Part shown: positions 56,034 to 64,000 of the stretch, piece by piece
How the letters are laid out: every line of letters starts with the position of its first letter
How positions within the stretch are numbered: the stretch's first letter is position 1
Source of the DNA: Acutalibacteraceae bacterium
GTDB taxonomy: Bacteria > Bacillota > Clostridia > Oscillospirales > Acutalibacteraceae
Assembly (NCBI GenBank): GCA_045540195.1
Contig: JAZQGS010000001.1
Coordinates: forward strand, 28,324 to 92,323
Length of the DNA stretch: 64,000 nucleotides
Direction: 5' to 3'
Notes under the pieces: model-generated
Seen by the model: the letters and a program-made list of their open reading frames with translations, nothing else
Databases searched by the model: none
What the model was told of the DNA's origin: nothing
Position numbers and translations under genes: made by a program

Positions 56034-56062
56034 ATTATAACAAGGCGCACATCTGATGTCAA
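56034..56062 (-). promoter_or_regulatory. consensus sigma-A promoter driving the micro-ORF transcript
   Basis: Reverse strand reads TTGACA, 17 nt, then TGtTATAAT. Confidence 0.7.
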
Positions 56063-56084
56063 CATCAAAAGAAAGCCGATGTTC

Positions 56085-56113
56085 TTTACAAAACAAAAAA
56101 ATTGTGCTAAATT
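56085..56113 (+). promoter_or_regulatory. candidate promoter of the peptidase gene (divergent from the micro-ORF promoter)
   Basis: TTTACA, 17 nt, then TGcTAAATT. Confidence 0.45.
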
Positions 56114-56139
56114 TAAAACAGAAGCAACAGACAAGGAGG

Positions 56140-58485
56140 ATGAATAATGTGAAAAAGCTTACAGCGATTATTACAATCATAGCAATTCTTGTTTTATGTT
56201 TAACACCGACGGTATCGGCGTCTGATGAAATCAGCACTATTACCGTTACGCCTGTTTCTTCGGGTGACGGCGGACATATCGATAGTGTCTATACTGATGA
56301 AAACGGTAATATTATCGACAGGGATACCCGTCTTTCGTTTGAGCCGACCTTAGGCACAATGGCTGAGGGTACGGCAATTCCGTCATCCTACGATGCGCGC
56401 ACAAAGGGCGTCGTAACCCCTGTCAAATGGCAGGGAAGATCAGGTAACTGCTGGGCGTTTGCACCGATAAGCGTTATCGAGAGCGCCGCAATCAGTATGG
56501 GTATGGTCGAGCCTGAGGATGCGGACTATTCCGAATCGCATCTTGCGTGGTTCGGCGTAAACAGCGCGACGACCGATACAACCGACCTTGCATACGGCGA
56601 CGGCACCGTGTCGGAAAATCCGTATCTTACGGGCGGAAACTGGATTTATGCAACTCAGGCTCTGTCCCGTTGGGCAGGTGTCGCAAAGCAGGATGTAGAT
56701 CCTGCTGATTATAACGACCTCTCCGCTTTGCCGCAGTATACCGATGCGCAGAGAAGAAATACAAGCAGCGGACTTGTAATAAAAGAGGTCAAGGAATTCC
56801 TTTCAGCCGAGAATGTCAAGGCTCATATTCTTGAATACGGCTCGGTAACCGCAACATATTACAGTGATGACCTTTACTATTCACAGGTGTCGGGCACAAC
56901 CGCCTATTACAACAACACCACAACCAATACGAACCATGTCATTACGGTTGTCGGCTGGGATGACAATTATTCGGCAAGCAACTTTAAATCAGACAATATG
57001 CCTGCTCAGGACGGAGCGTGGCTGTGCAAAAACAGCTGGGATACCTGGTGGGGCGATTCAGGATATTTCTGGATGTCATACTACGACACATCGGCTTGTA
57101 ATTTTATGGGATACATTCCTCAGTCGGCTGAGGATTACTACGGAAACTATTCCTACAACGGTGATTATTGCAACTATTGGCTGGGCTACAGCAACTCAAC
57201 GACGGCGGCAAATATATTCACCGCAAGAGATAATGAAAAAATCAAATCTGTTGCAACATATACCAATGTCGATGCTGACGGACAGACGGTAACACTTACA
57301 TTTAAAATATATACTGACATTCCCGCAACGGGCGGCCCTGTCAGCGGAACGCTGAGCAAGACCTTCACAACAACTGTTGAAAACTCAGGATATTATGTGT
57401 TTGACCTGCCTGAGGAGGTTGCCGTCAGTGAGGGCAGCCGATTCTCGGTTGTTATGACGGTGAGCGGTAGTATGATTCCGTTTGAAAAAGGCGACAGCTA
57501 TTCGAGCAACAGCGGAGAATCATATATCTTTAACGGATATACCTGGTATCAAACAGAGAAATTCAGCTCGAACAAATATCAGCTGAAGAATACCTTTATC
57601 CAGGCTCAGACAGTCTGTGACCATCAGCCCGAGACCGAGTCGGTCGAACAGTCCTGCACACAGGATGGCTACGAAAAAACAGTCTGTACACAGTGCGGAA
57701 AGGTGCTGAGCGAAAACACTTATCCCGCGAGCGGACACAGCTTTGGTGAATGGGCGGTGACAACCGAGCCGACAGTTTCACAGTCGGGTGAAAGAACCCG
57801 TATCTGTGACGATTGCGGTGCAACCGAGACAGAGGATATTCCTGCAATTCAGTATGAGACGGCTGACGGCTTTGTTATTGACCTTGCAAGCGGAATTATT
57901 TCGGGCATAAATCCGGGTGAAGCCTCACTTGAAAAATATATAAAGATTACGAACCCCGATTATGTGTGGAGCTATGACTCGATAAACGGAAAGCTCGGCA
58001 CGGGCACAAAGGCAACACTTAAAAACGGTGAAACCGCGGTGGGTGAATTCACGATTCTGCTTTACGGCGACATAAACGGTGATGCGTGGTATGACGGTCA
58101 GGATGCCGTGCTTGCATCCTGCGTTTCAGGCGCAATGCTCGATGAAGAAAGCATAGGCAAGGTCGGATATATGGCTGCGGACTGTAACCACGACGGTGTT
58201 GTTGACGAAATGGATACGGCACTTCTGAATCAGGCAGGTGTGCTGCTGTCATCGGTCAATCAGACGAAGAGTGCCGATGTGCTGCTTGAAACCTCGGCGG
58301 CTTATGCCGAATATATAAGCCTGGTGGAGCAGTCTCCTGCAACGGCAGAGCCTGAAACAGAATCCGCTTCTGAGCCGGAGCAGACCGCATCAGAAAGCAA
58401 GACCGATATCGTAGCAATCGTCAGAGCGTGGATTGAAAAGATAATTGAGTTTATTCTCACATTTATCCCTGTGACATATAAATAA
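56140..58485 (+). CDS. secreted papain-like (C1 family) cysteine peptidase with Cys-rich linker and C-terminal dockerin
   Basis: Signal peptide, active-site context QGRSGNCWAFAP, and a later NHVITVVGWDD His region. CxxC repeats (CTQCGK, CDDCGA). Dockerin-like GDINGDAWYDGQDAVL ... DCNHDGVVDEMDTALL. The start may be GTG 56149, 9 nt after GGAGG. Confidence 0.85.
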   Translation: MNNVKKLTAIITIIAILVLCLTPTVSASDEISTITVTPVSSGDGGHIDSVYTDENGNIIDRDTRLSFEPTLGTMAEGTAIPSSYDARTKGVVTPVKWQGRSGNCWAFAPISVIESAAISMGMVEPEDADYSESHLAWFGVNSATTDTTDLAYGDGTVSENPYLTGGNWIYATQALSRWAGVAKQDVDPADYNDLSALPQYTDAQRRNTSSGLVIKEVKEFLSAENVKAHILEYGSVTATYYSDDLYYSQVSGTTAYYNNTTTNTNHVITVVGWDDNYSASNFKSDNMPAQDGAWLCKNSWDTWWGDSGYFWMSYYDTSACNFMGYIPQSAEDYYGNYSYNGDYCNYWLGYSNSTTAANIFTARDNEKIKSVATYTNVDADGQTVTLTFKIYTDIPATGGPVSGTLSKTFTTTVENSGYYVFDLPEEVAVSEGSRFSVVMTVSGSMIPFEKGDSYSSNSGESYIFNGYTWYQTEKFSSNKYQLKNTFIQAQTVCDHQPETESVEQSCTQDGYEKTVCTQCGKVLSENTYPASGHSFGEWAVTTEPTVSQSGERTRICDDCGATETEDIPAIQYETADGFVIDLASGIISGINPGEASLEKYIKITNPDYVWSYDSINGKLGTGTKATLKNGETAVGEFTILLYGDINGDAWYDGQDAVLASCVSGAMLDEESIGKVGYMAADCNHDGVVDEMDTALLNQAGVLLSSVNQTKSADVLLETSAAYAEYISLVEQSPATAEPETESASEPEQTASESKTDIVAIVRAWIEKIIEFILTFIPVTYK

Positions 58486-58493
58486 AATATAAA

Positions 58494-58525
58494 GAAAAAA
58501 GGATGGCTCGTGCCATCCTTTTTTG
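58494..58525. terminator. bidirectional intrinsic terminator
   Basis: aaggatggc-tcgt-gccatcctt flanked by an A-tract and a T-tract. Confidence 0.8.
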
Positions 58526-58591
58526 TATAAAAATCAATGTGTAAGAAGAATCGTCGCAACAAATAAAAATGCGATTACCCGGGAGCTGCCC

Positions 58592-59767
58592 TTAATCTTT
58601 TCTGACTAATTCCGCAACTGTCTCAACATGATTCGTATGCGGGAACATATCTACGGGTTGGATTTTTTTGACCTTATATCCGTGCTGAGTGAGATGTTTC
58701 AGATCCCTTGCCTGAGTTTCGGGGTTGCAGGAGATGTATACAATCTTCTTCGGATTAAGCGTTACGACTGAAGAGAGAAAAGCCTCGTCACTGCCTGCAC
58801 GGGGAGGGTCCATAAAAACAACATCTGCCGTTTTGCCGTCAGCCGCCATTTTGGTCATAAATTCGCCTGCATCCGCACAGTAGAATTTAATGTTTTGGGT
58901 ATTGTTTCTTTTAGCGTTGTTCTTCGCGTCAAAAACGGCATCCTTGTTCACCTCAACCGCAATAACCTCCTTTGCGGTCTTTGCGGCAATTATACCGATT
59001 GTACCTATTCCGCAATAAGCGTCGATAACGGTCTCGTTGCCCGTCAGCTCAGCGAACTCAATAGCCTTGCTGTAGAGCTTTTCTGTCTGTACGGGATTTA
59101 TCTGATAAAAGGATTTTGCCGAAATTCTGAAAACGCATCCGCAGAGCGTATCCTCAATCGTACCCTTGCCGTAAAGCACCTTTTCGGTGTTGCCGAGCAC
59201 AAGGCTTGTATGCTCGCGGTTGATGTTCTGAATTATCGTCGTGATTTCGGGATGCTTTTTAAGAAGCTCCTTTACAAAGGCATTTTTGCCGGGGAACATC
59301 GGCGTTCCCGTTACAAGCACAACCATAATCTCACCGCTTGTAAAGCCGCGTTTGACGAGCACATGGCGAAGAAAGCCGACACCCGTATCCTCGTTATAGG
59401 GAATCATACGGTAGTGCTTCATCATATTGCGGATTGTGACGATTATCTCGTCCGCCTTTTTGTCCTCGAGTCTGCACTCGTCGATACAGACGATTCTGTG
59501 CGACTTTGACTGGTAAACACCCGAAATGATTTTTCCGCCTCGTGTGATGCCGAATGCCGCCTGAATCTTGTTGCGGTAATTGTACGGATTTTCCATACCT
59601 ATTATATCACCGACACGGCAGAACCTTCCGAGCAGGCGGATAACCTTCGCCTGCTTGTAGCTTAACTGTTCGGGGTAGCTCATATTCTGAAGCTGACATC
59701 CGCCGCACTTTTTTGCAACGGGACAGAATTCAGCCTTCTTTTGTGCTGTTGTGTTTCTTTTAGCCAT
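58592..59767 (-). CDS. RNA (uracil-C5)-methyltransferase, RlmD/RumA-TrmA family
   Basis: N-terminal Fe-S Cys cluster CPVAKKCGGCQLQ, SAM motif DAYCGIGTIG, DPPRAG, and the catalytic region YISCNP. Confidence 0.85.
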   Translation of the reverse strand: MAKRNTTAQKKAEFCPVAKKCGGCQLQNMSYPEQLSYKQAKVIRLLGRFCRVGDIIGMENPYNYRNKIQAAFGITRGGKIISGVYQSKSHRIVCIDECRLEDKKADEIIVTIRNMMKHYRMIPYNEDTGVGFLRHVLVKRGFTSGEIMVVLVTGTPMFPGKNAFVKELLKKHPEITTIIQNINREHTSLVLGNTEKVLYGKGTIEDTLCGCVFRISAKSFYQINPVQTEKLYSKAIEFAELTGNETVIDAYCGIGTIGIIAAKTAKEVIAVEVNKDAVFDAKNNAKRNNTQNIKFYCADAGEFMTKMAADGKTADVVFMDPPRAGSDEAFLSSVVTLNPKKIVYISCNPETQARDLKHLTQHGYKVKKIQPVDMFPHTNHVETVAELVRKD

Positions 59768-61931
59768 TTTGTGCTTCCTTCGGTTTTTTCATTGTGAGTG
59801 AAATTCGTTTTTTGTTTGTGTCAACAGAAATTACCCAAACGGTAACAACCTGACCGACCTTGAGCACCTCGGACGGATGCTTTATGTATCTGTCTGTAAT
59901 CTGTGAAATGTGGACAAGTCCGTCCTGATGAACGCCGATGTCAACGAATGCGCCGAAGTCGATGACATTTCGCACCGTTCCCTGAAGCTCCATTCCTGCC
60001 TTAAGGTCATTCATATCCATAACATCGGTGCGAAGCATCGGCGGAGGAAGCTCGTCACGGGGGTCTCTGCCGGGCTGCTTTAATTCCTTTATAATATCGA
60101 GCATTGTCGGCACACCTACGCCGATTTTTTCAGCGGCGGCAGCCTGACCGATTGCATCGATTTTTTCTGAAAGCTCATCGAGCTTGCCGTTTGCGGCATC
60201 CTTGACGGTATATCCGCACAACTCAAGAAGTGCCTTTGCGGCATCGTAGCTTTCGGGATGAACGCCCGTGTTGTCGAGAAGGTTTTTACTCTCGGCAACG
60301 CGCATAAAGCCTGCGCACTGCTCATAAGCCTTCGCGCCGAGCTTGGGAACTTTTTTGAGCTGAGCACGGCTTGTGAATGCACCGTTTTCCTCACGGAAGG
60401 CAACGATATTCTTTGCGACCGTGCTGTTGATTCCCGAAACTCTTGTAAGAAGAGACGGTGAGGCGGTGTTGATATCAACACCGACATTGTTTACGGCATC
60501 CTCAACAACACCGTTAAGAGCGTTGTCGAGCTCCTTTTTCGGCATATCATGCTGATACTGACCGACACCGATTGCCTTCGGGTCAATCTTTACAAGCTCT
60601 GCGAGGGGGTCCTGAAGACGGCGTGCGATTGAAACGGCACTTCTGAGAGAAACATCAAACTGCGGAAATTCCTCTGCCGCAAGCTTCGATGCGGAATAAA
60701 CCGAAGCGCCGGCTTCGCTGACAACCATATATGCGGTGTCTCCGCCGATTTCCTTGAGAAGATTTGCGGTGAAGATTTCGGTTTCTTTTGAAGCCGTACC
60801 GTTGCCGATTGCGATAATCTTAACGCCGTAGCGCTTAATCATATTTTTGATAAGAGTTTTTGCACTTTCCTGCTGTGCGGCGGAATGTGTGATATAAGCC
60901 ACACCTGTGTCGAGCACTCTGCCCGTTTCGTCAACGACAGCTACCTTACAGCCTGTTCTGTAGCCCGGGTCAAGTCCGAGTGCAACCTTGCCCTTTACGG
61001 GCGGCTGAAGCAAAAGCTCCTTGAGGTTTGAAGAGAAAACCTTGATTGCGGCTGATGCGGCATTTTCCGTCAGCATTGAACGGATCTCACGCTCGATTGA
61101 CGGATAAATAAGTCTGTCATAAGCATCCGCACCTGCATCACGGACTGTATCGGTGCAAAGTGAGCCGCTGTCAGAGAGCGTAACGGATGTGATAACATTT
61201 GAAGCCTTGACCTTGTCGAGCTCAACACTGACCTTGAGAAAGCCCTCTCGTTCACCTCGGTCAATCGCAAGAACTCTGTGACCTGCAATTTTGTCAACAG
61301 GCTGAGAAAAATCGTAATACTGCTCATATACGCTCTGAACTGTCTCGTCCGAAGCCCTTACATTAACCACGCCGAGCACAGTGAAGAGGTTACGCAGTCT
61401 GCGGCGGATGTCCGCATTGTCGGAGATATCCTCCGCGATAATATCCATAGCACCCTGCAAGGCGTCCTCTGCCGTGGGCACTCCGTTTTCTTCGTTTATA
61501 TAGTCCTGAGCCAACTCGATTGCGGCAGGACTGTCCTTGAGCTGTGCATAAATTGCGGCTGCAAGAGGCTCAAGTCCTCTCTCTCTCGCAACGGATGCAC
61601 GGGTTTTTCTTTTTGGCTTGAAGGGGCGGTAGATGTCCTCGATTTCTGCGAGGGTCGCGGCATTTTCGAGCGCGGCGGCGATTTCATCGGTGAGCTTTTC
61701 CTGAGCCTCGATTGATGAACGCACCTCCTCACGGCGCTTGTCAAGATTGCGCAGATATTCGAGTCTTTCCGAAATCTCACGCAGAGTCTGATCGTCGAGC
61801 GTGCCGTGAGCCTCCTTACGGTATCGGGCAATAAAGGGGATTGTGTTGCCGTCGTCGATAAGACCGACAACATTTTCTGCCTGCCACGACTGAAGCCTGA
61901 ATTCATTGGTAAGTGCTGAAATAATGTCCAT
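59760..61931 (-). CDS. tex: Tex-like transcription accessory protein (YqgF/HhH/S1 domains)
   Basis: N-terminal IPFIARYRKE, a central YqgF-like GLDPGYRTGCK, and a C-terminal S1 domain GTVRNVIDFGAFVDIG. Confidence 0.92.
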   Translation of the reverse strand: MDIISALTNEFRLQSWQAENVVGLIDDGNTIPFIARYRKEAHGTLDDQTLREISERLEYLRNLDKRREEVRSSIEAQEKLTDEIAAALENAATLAEIEDIYRPFKPKRKTRASVARERGLEPLAAAIYAQLKDSPAAIELAQDYINEENGVPTAEDALQGAMDIIAEDISDNADIRRRLRNLFTVLGVVNVRASDETVQSVYEQYYDFSQPVDKIAGHRVLAIDRGEREGFLKVSVELDKVKASNVITSVTLSDSGSLCTDTVRDAGADAYDRLIYPSIEREIRSMLTENAASAAIKVFSSNLKELLLQPPVKGKVALGLDPGYRTGCKVAVVDETGRVLDTGVAYITHSAAQQESAKTLIKNMIKRYGVKIIAIGNGTASKETEIFTANLLKEIGGDTAYMVVSEAGASVYSASKLAAEEFPQFDVSLRSAVSIARRLQDPLAELVKIDPKAIGVGQYQHDMPKKELDNALNGVVEDAVNNVGVDINTASPSLLTRVSGINSTVAKNIVAFREENGAFTSRAQLKKVPKLGAKAYEQCAGFMRVAESKNLLDNTGVHPESYDAAKALLELCGYTVKDAANGKLDELSEKIDAIGQAAAAEKIGVGVPTMLDIIKELKQPGRDPRDELPPPMLRTDVMDMNDLKAGMELQGTVRNVIDFGAFVDIGVHQDGLVHISQITDRYIKHPSEVLKVGQVVTVWVISVDTNKKRISLTMKKPKEAQNG

Positions 61932-61949
61932 AAAGTCTCCTGTAATATG

Positions 61950-62915
61950 TTAAATAGTCTTGAGCTGTCTGATGTCTGCGCCGTCAAACTGAAGAATTGT
62001 GTATGTGCTGAGAATTCTTGATGCGATACGGTCGCTGTAATTATCCTTGATTGCCTCGGGGGTAAGGTTTGTGCTGATTACCGTCGGCTTTTCCTCAAGT
62101 CCGCGGCAATTAACGATGTTGTAAAGGGCAGAAACCGTAAGCTGAGTGCTGAATTCCGCACCGAGGTCGTCAATAATGAGAAGGTCACAGTCGAGAATAG
62201 CCTGTTCTGTGTTTTCACCGTCGCCTCTGCCGAATTTCTCGCGCTCGAGACGGTTGAAAAGATTCTGTGCCGTCATATAGATAACGCCGTAGCCCTTTTC
62301 GACAGCCTTGCCTGCAATCGCAAGCGAAAGATGTGTTTTGCCGAGTCCCGTCTTGCCGTAAAGCAGAAGGCTCGGGGACTTCATACCGAAATCATCGGCA
62401 TAAGCCTTGCAGTAGCCGAGAACACTTTCCATTCTCTGACGGGGACTGATGCCTGCACCGTCGGGATAATAGTCGAGCTTGAAATTATCGAATCGGCACT
62501 TGTCAACAGGAAGTCGTGAGCAAAGCTTTTCATATTCGATTGAGCGCAGAAGAAGCTTGAAGCAGTCACAGACATAGCCGCCTGACGAGCCCTTGTCCTC
62601 ACATTTCGGACAGGTGAATTTTGCCTCGAGCCAATCCTCGGGATAGCCGTTTTTCACAAGCAGTGAGCGGCGCTTTGCCTGAGCGTCGAGGTTTATATCG
62701 GCAAGAGTTTTTATATAATCCTCACCGCCGTTGCCCATACCGACCGCCTTGATTGTGGCGAGACCTGCACGAGCCATTGTCTCTTCAATTTCGAGAAGCT
62801 CGGGAATTTTTCTGACAGCCTCATCGTGTCTCTGCTCGCGCTTCATAAGCGCTTCGTTGCGGCGCTTTTTGATTTCGCGCTCAGCCTTTTCGTAAGTGTC
62901 TTTACTGAATGCCAC
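61950..62915 (-). CDS. dnaI: DnaI/DnaC-like helicase-loader ATPase
   Basis: N-terminal zinc-like CPKCEDKG...CDC, Walker A GKTGLGKTHL, and Walker B LLIIDDLG. Confidence 0.8.
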   Translation of the reverse strand: MAFSKDTYEKAEREIKKRRNEALMKREQRHDEAVRKIPELLEIEETMARAGLATIKAVGMGNGGEDYIKTLADINLDAQAKRRSLLVKNGYPEDWLEAKFTCPKCEDKGSSGGYVCDCFKLLLRSIEYEKLCSRLPVDKCRFDNFKLDYYPDGAGISPRQRMESVLGYCKAYADDFGMKSPSLLLYGKTGLGKTHLSLAIAGKAVEKGYGVIYMTAQNLFNRLEREKFGRGDGENTEQAILDCDLLIIDDLGAEFSTQLTVSALYNIVNCRGLEEKPTVISTNLTPEAIKDNYSDRIASRILSTYTILQFDGADIRQLKTI

Positions 62916-62918
62916 GGC

Positions 62919-63893
62919 TTATTCCCCCTTTTTATAAACGGGCAGCTGATTTGCCCTGCGGTTGAATTCGTTCATATCGTATGATGTGGTTGAGTCCGAT
63001 TTCTTTGAGTTCTTTTCGCGGTAAGCCTGCTTGTCCTTTTCAACATCCTCGGGAGTTTTGAGTCCCTTCTGATGCCAGCCTGCAAGCACCTTGTTCATAT
63101 ATGCAAAGCTGATTTTGCCCGAATGGTCGAGCATTTCTTCATACGCGAGATAAATCATATCAACACCGAACTTCATTTCGGTTGACCAGGTCTTGAGATA
63201 AGCGGACTGACTTGTCGTCGGACGGGGATTCTGAATTCCTGCCATACGGGCAAATTCTTTCCACAGAGAAATGCAGGAATTGAGAATTCTTATCTGCTCA
63301 TCCGCTTTTTCGATGGTGTCGATTTCCTTTTCACCCCAGGTCTTTCCGACCTTTGCTATGTACGCGAGATTGCTCTTGCCTATCGAGACACAGTGGGTGA
63401 TGAGCATATAAATTACCTCAACGGGCAGTCCGTACTGGTCGTGCATCATAAGAAGAATGCACTGGCTGTCATAGCCGAGTGTCTTGCCGAGAAGACCTTC
63501 GATGTCAGAGAACATATTTGCAATGTCGGGTGACTCCTTACAACGCGTCACAACCTGCTCATAGGTCGGCTTGACGGGTGCGAGCTCGGGTAATTCCTTT
63601 TTAGTCTCGGCTGCCGCAGGTGCCTCAGGTGCGGGCAGGGGAGTGATAACCTGTCCGTCAGAGGTGAGCACACCCCATTCGCAAAGCACGGTGAGTGCAT
63701 CGACGATGTCGCTTTCACCGTAGCCTGTCTCCTTGCTGATAACCGAAGGGTTAACGGGCTCGCTTGCGTGGCGGAAAATCCACAGAAGGGTTTTGAGCTG
63801 AGATGCGCTTGCGAGCTTTATGTTGTTGTCAACGACCTGCGACGGTACGGCAAACATTGAGCCGAACACGGCAGGGTTAATTGAATAAGCCAT
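62919..63893 (-). CDS. DnaD-domain replication initiation protein (DnaB/DnaD-like)
   Basis: The winged-helix-like N-terminus and C-terminal DnaD-type region (YIAKVGKTW, YMNKVLAGW) lie immediately upstream of the dnaI-like gene, as in the Firmicutes dnaB-dnaI arrangement. Confidence 0.7.
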   Translation of the reverse strand: MAYSINPAVFGSMFAVPSQVVDNNIKLASASQLKTLLWIFRHASEPVNPSVISKETGYGESDIVDALTVLCEWGVLTSDGQVITPLPAPEAPAAAETKKELPELAPVKPTYEQVVTRCKESPDIANMFSDIEGLLGKTLGYDSQCILLMMHDQYGLPVEVIYMLITHCVSIGKSNLAYIAKVGKTWGEKEIDTIEKADEQIRILNSCISLWKEFARMAGIQNPRPTTSQSAYLKTWSTEMKFGVDMIYLAYEEMLDHSGKISFAYMNKVLAGWHQKGLKTPEDVEKDKQAYREKNSKKSDSTTSYDMNEFNRRANQLPVYKKGE

Positions 63894-64000
63894 TTTTCAC
63901 AATCCTTAAATTTAATCTATATTTAATACAATAAAATACCAACTATCATTATACACACTTGAGAGTCAAAAGAAAATAGCAAAAATCAGTTTCTACACCC

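Noticed and set aside
55953-56237. Full 94-aa version of the minus-strand ORF overlapping the peptidase start.
   Set aside because: The consensus promoter at 56034-56062 lies inside it, and its upstream part is antisense to the peptidase signal peptide. Only the last 16 codons have an RBS.
61950-63893. DnaD/DnaC-like pair as a prophage or plasmid replication module.
   Set aside because: The pair is embedded between tex and normal-composition DNA, with no integrase, repressor or phage genes in view. The arrangement matches the chromosomal Firmicutes dnaB(DnaD-like)-dnaI operon.
1-64000. Looked for CRISPR arrays, rRNA operons, transposases, integrases and phage structural genes.
   Set aside because: No regularly spaced direct repeats, no rRNA-like conserved stretches, and no ORF with DDE, tyrosine or serine recombinase or capsid/terminase motifs were seen.

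Overview
The window looks like a chromosomal segment of a spore-forming, dockerin-using Clostridia bacterium, probably Ruminococcus-like. Evidence is spoIIE, Firmicutes-type gene order (infC-rpmI-rplT, dprA-topA-trmFO, rnc-smc), and four secreted proteins with type-I-like dockerin repeats. Most of it is housekeeping: DNA repair (xth, ogg, nth), tadA, tcdA, topA, smc, gltX, glnS, birA, rubrerythrin, tex and dnaD/dnaI-like replication genes. One tRNA-Gln(CUG) is present. I found no rRNA, CRISPR array, transposase or prophage. No known defence or mobile system is recognisable, and none of the candidates below is a confirmed novel system. The candidates are, in order along the window: (1) a DnaA-box cluster far from any dnaA gene. 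(2) An overlapping P-loop kinase-like and small radical-SAM gene pair. (3) A structured leader or sRNA of about 170 nt, with promoter and terminator, upstream of a lipoprotein gene. (4) A membrane protein adjacent to a QueC-like PP-loop protein. (5) A 922-aa P-type-ATPase homologue with every catalytic motif degenerate and a long acidic N-terminus. (6) An AT-rich two-gene islet holding an unknown 317-aa protein and a DUF559 endonuclease-fold gene bracketed by an inverted 21-nt hairpin. (7) A 16-codon micro-ORF with a consensus promoter, strong RBS and intrinsic terminator. All functional calls come from reading motifs by eye; no database search was run.
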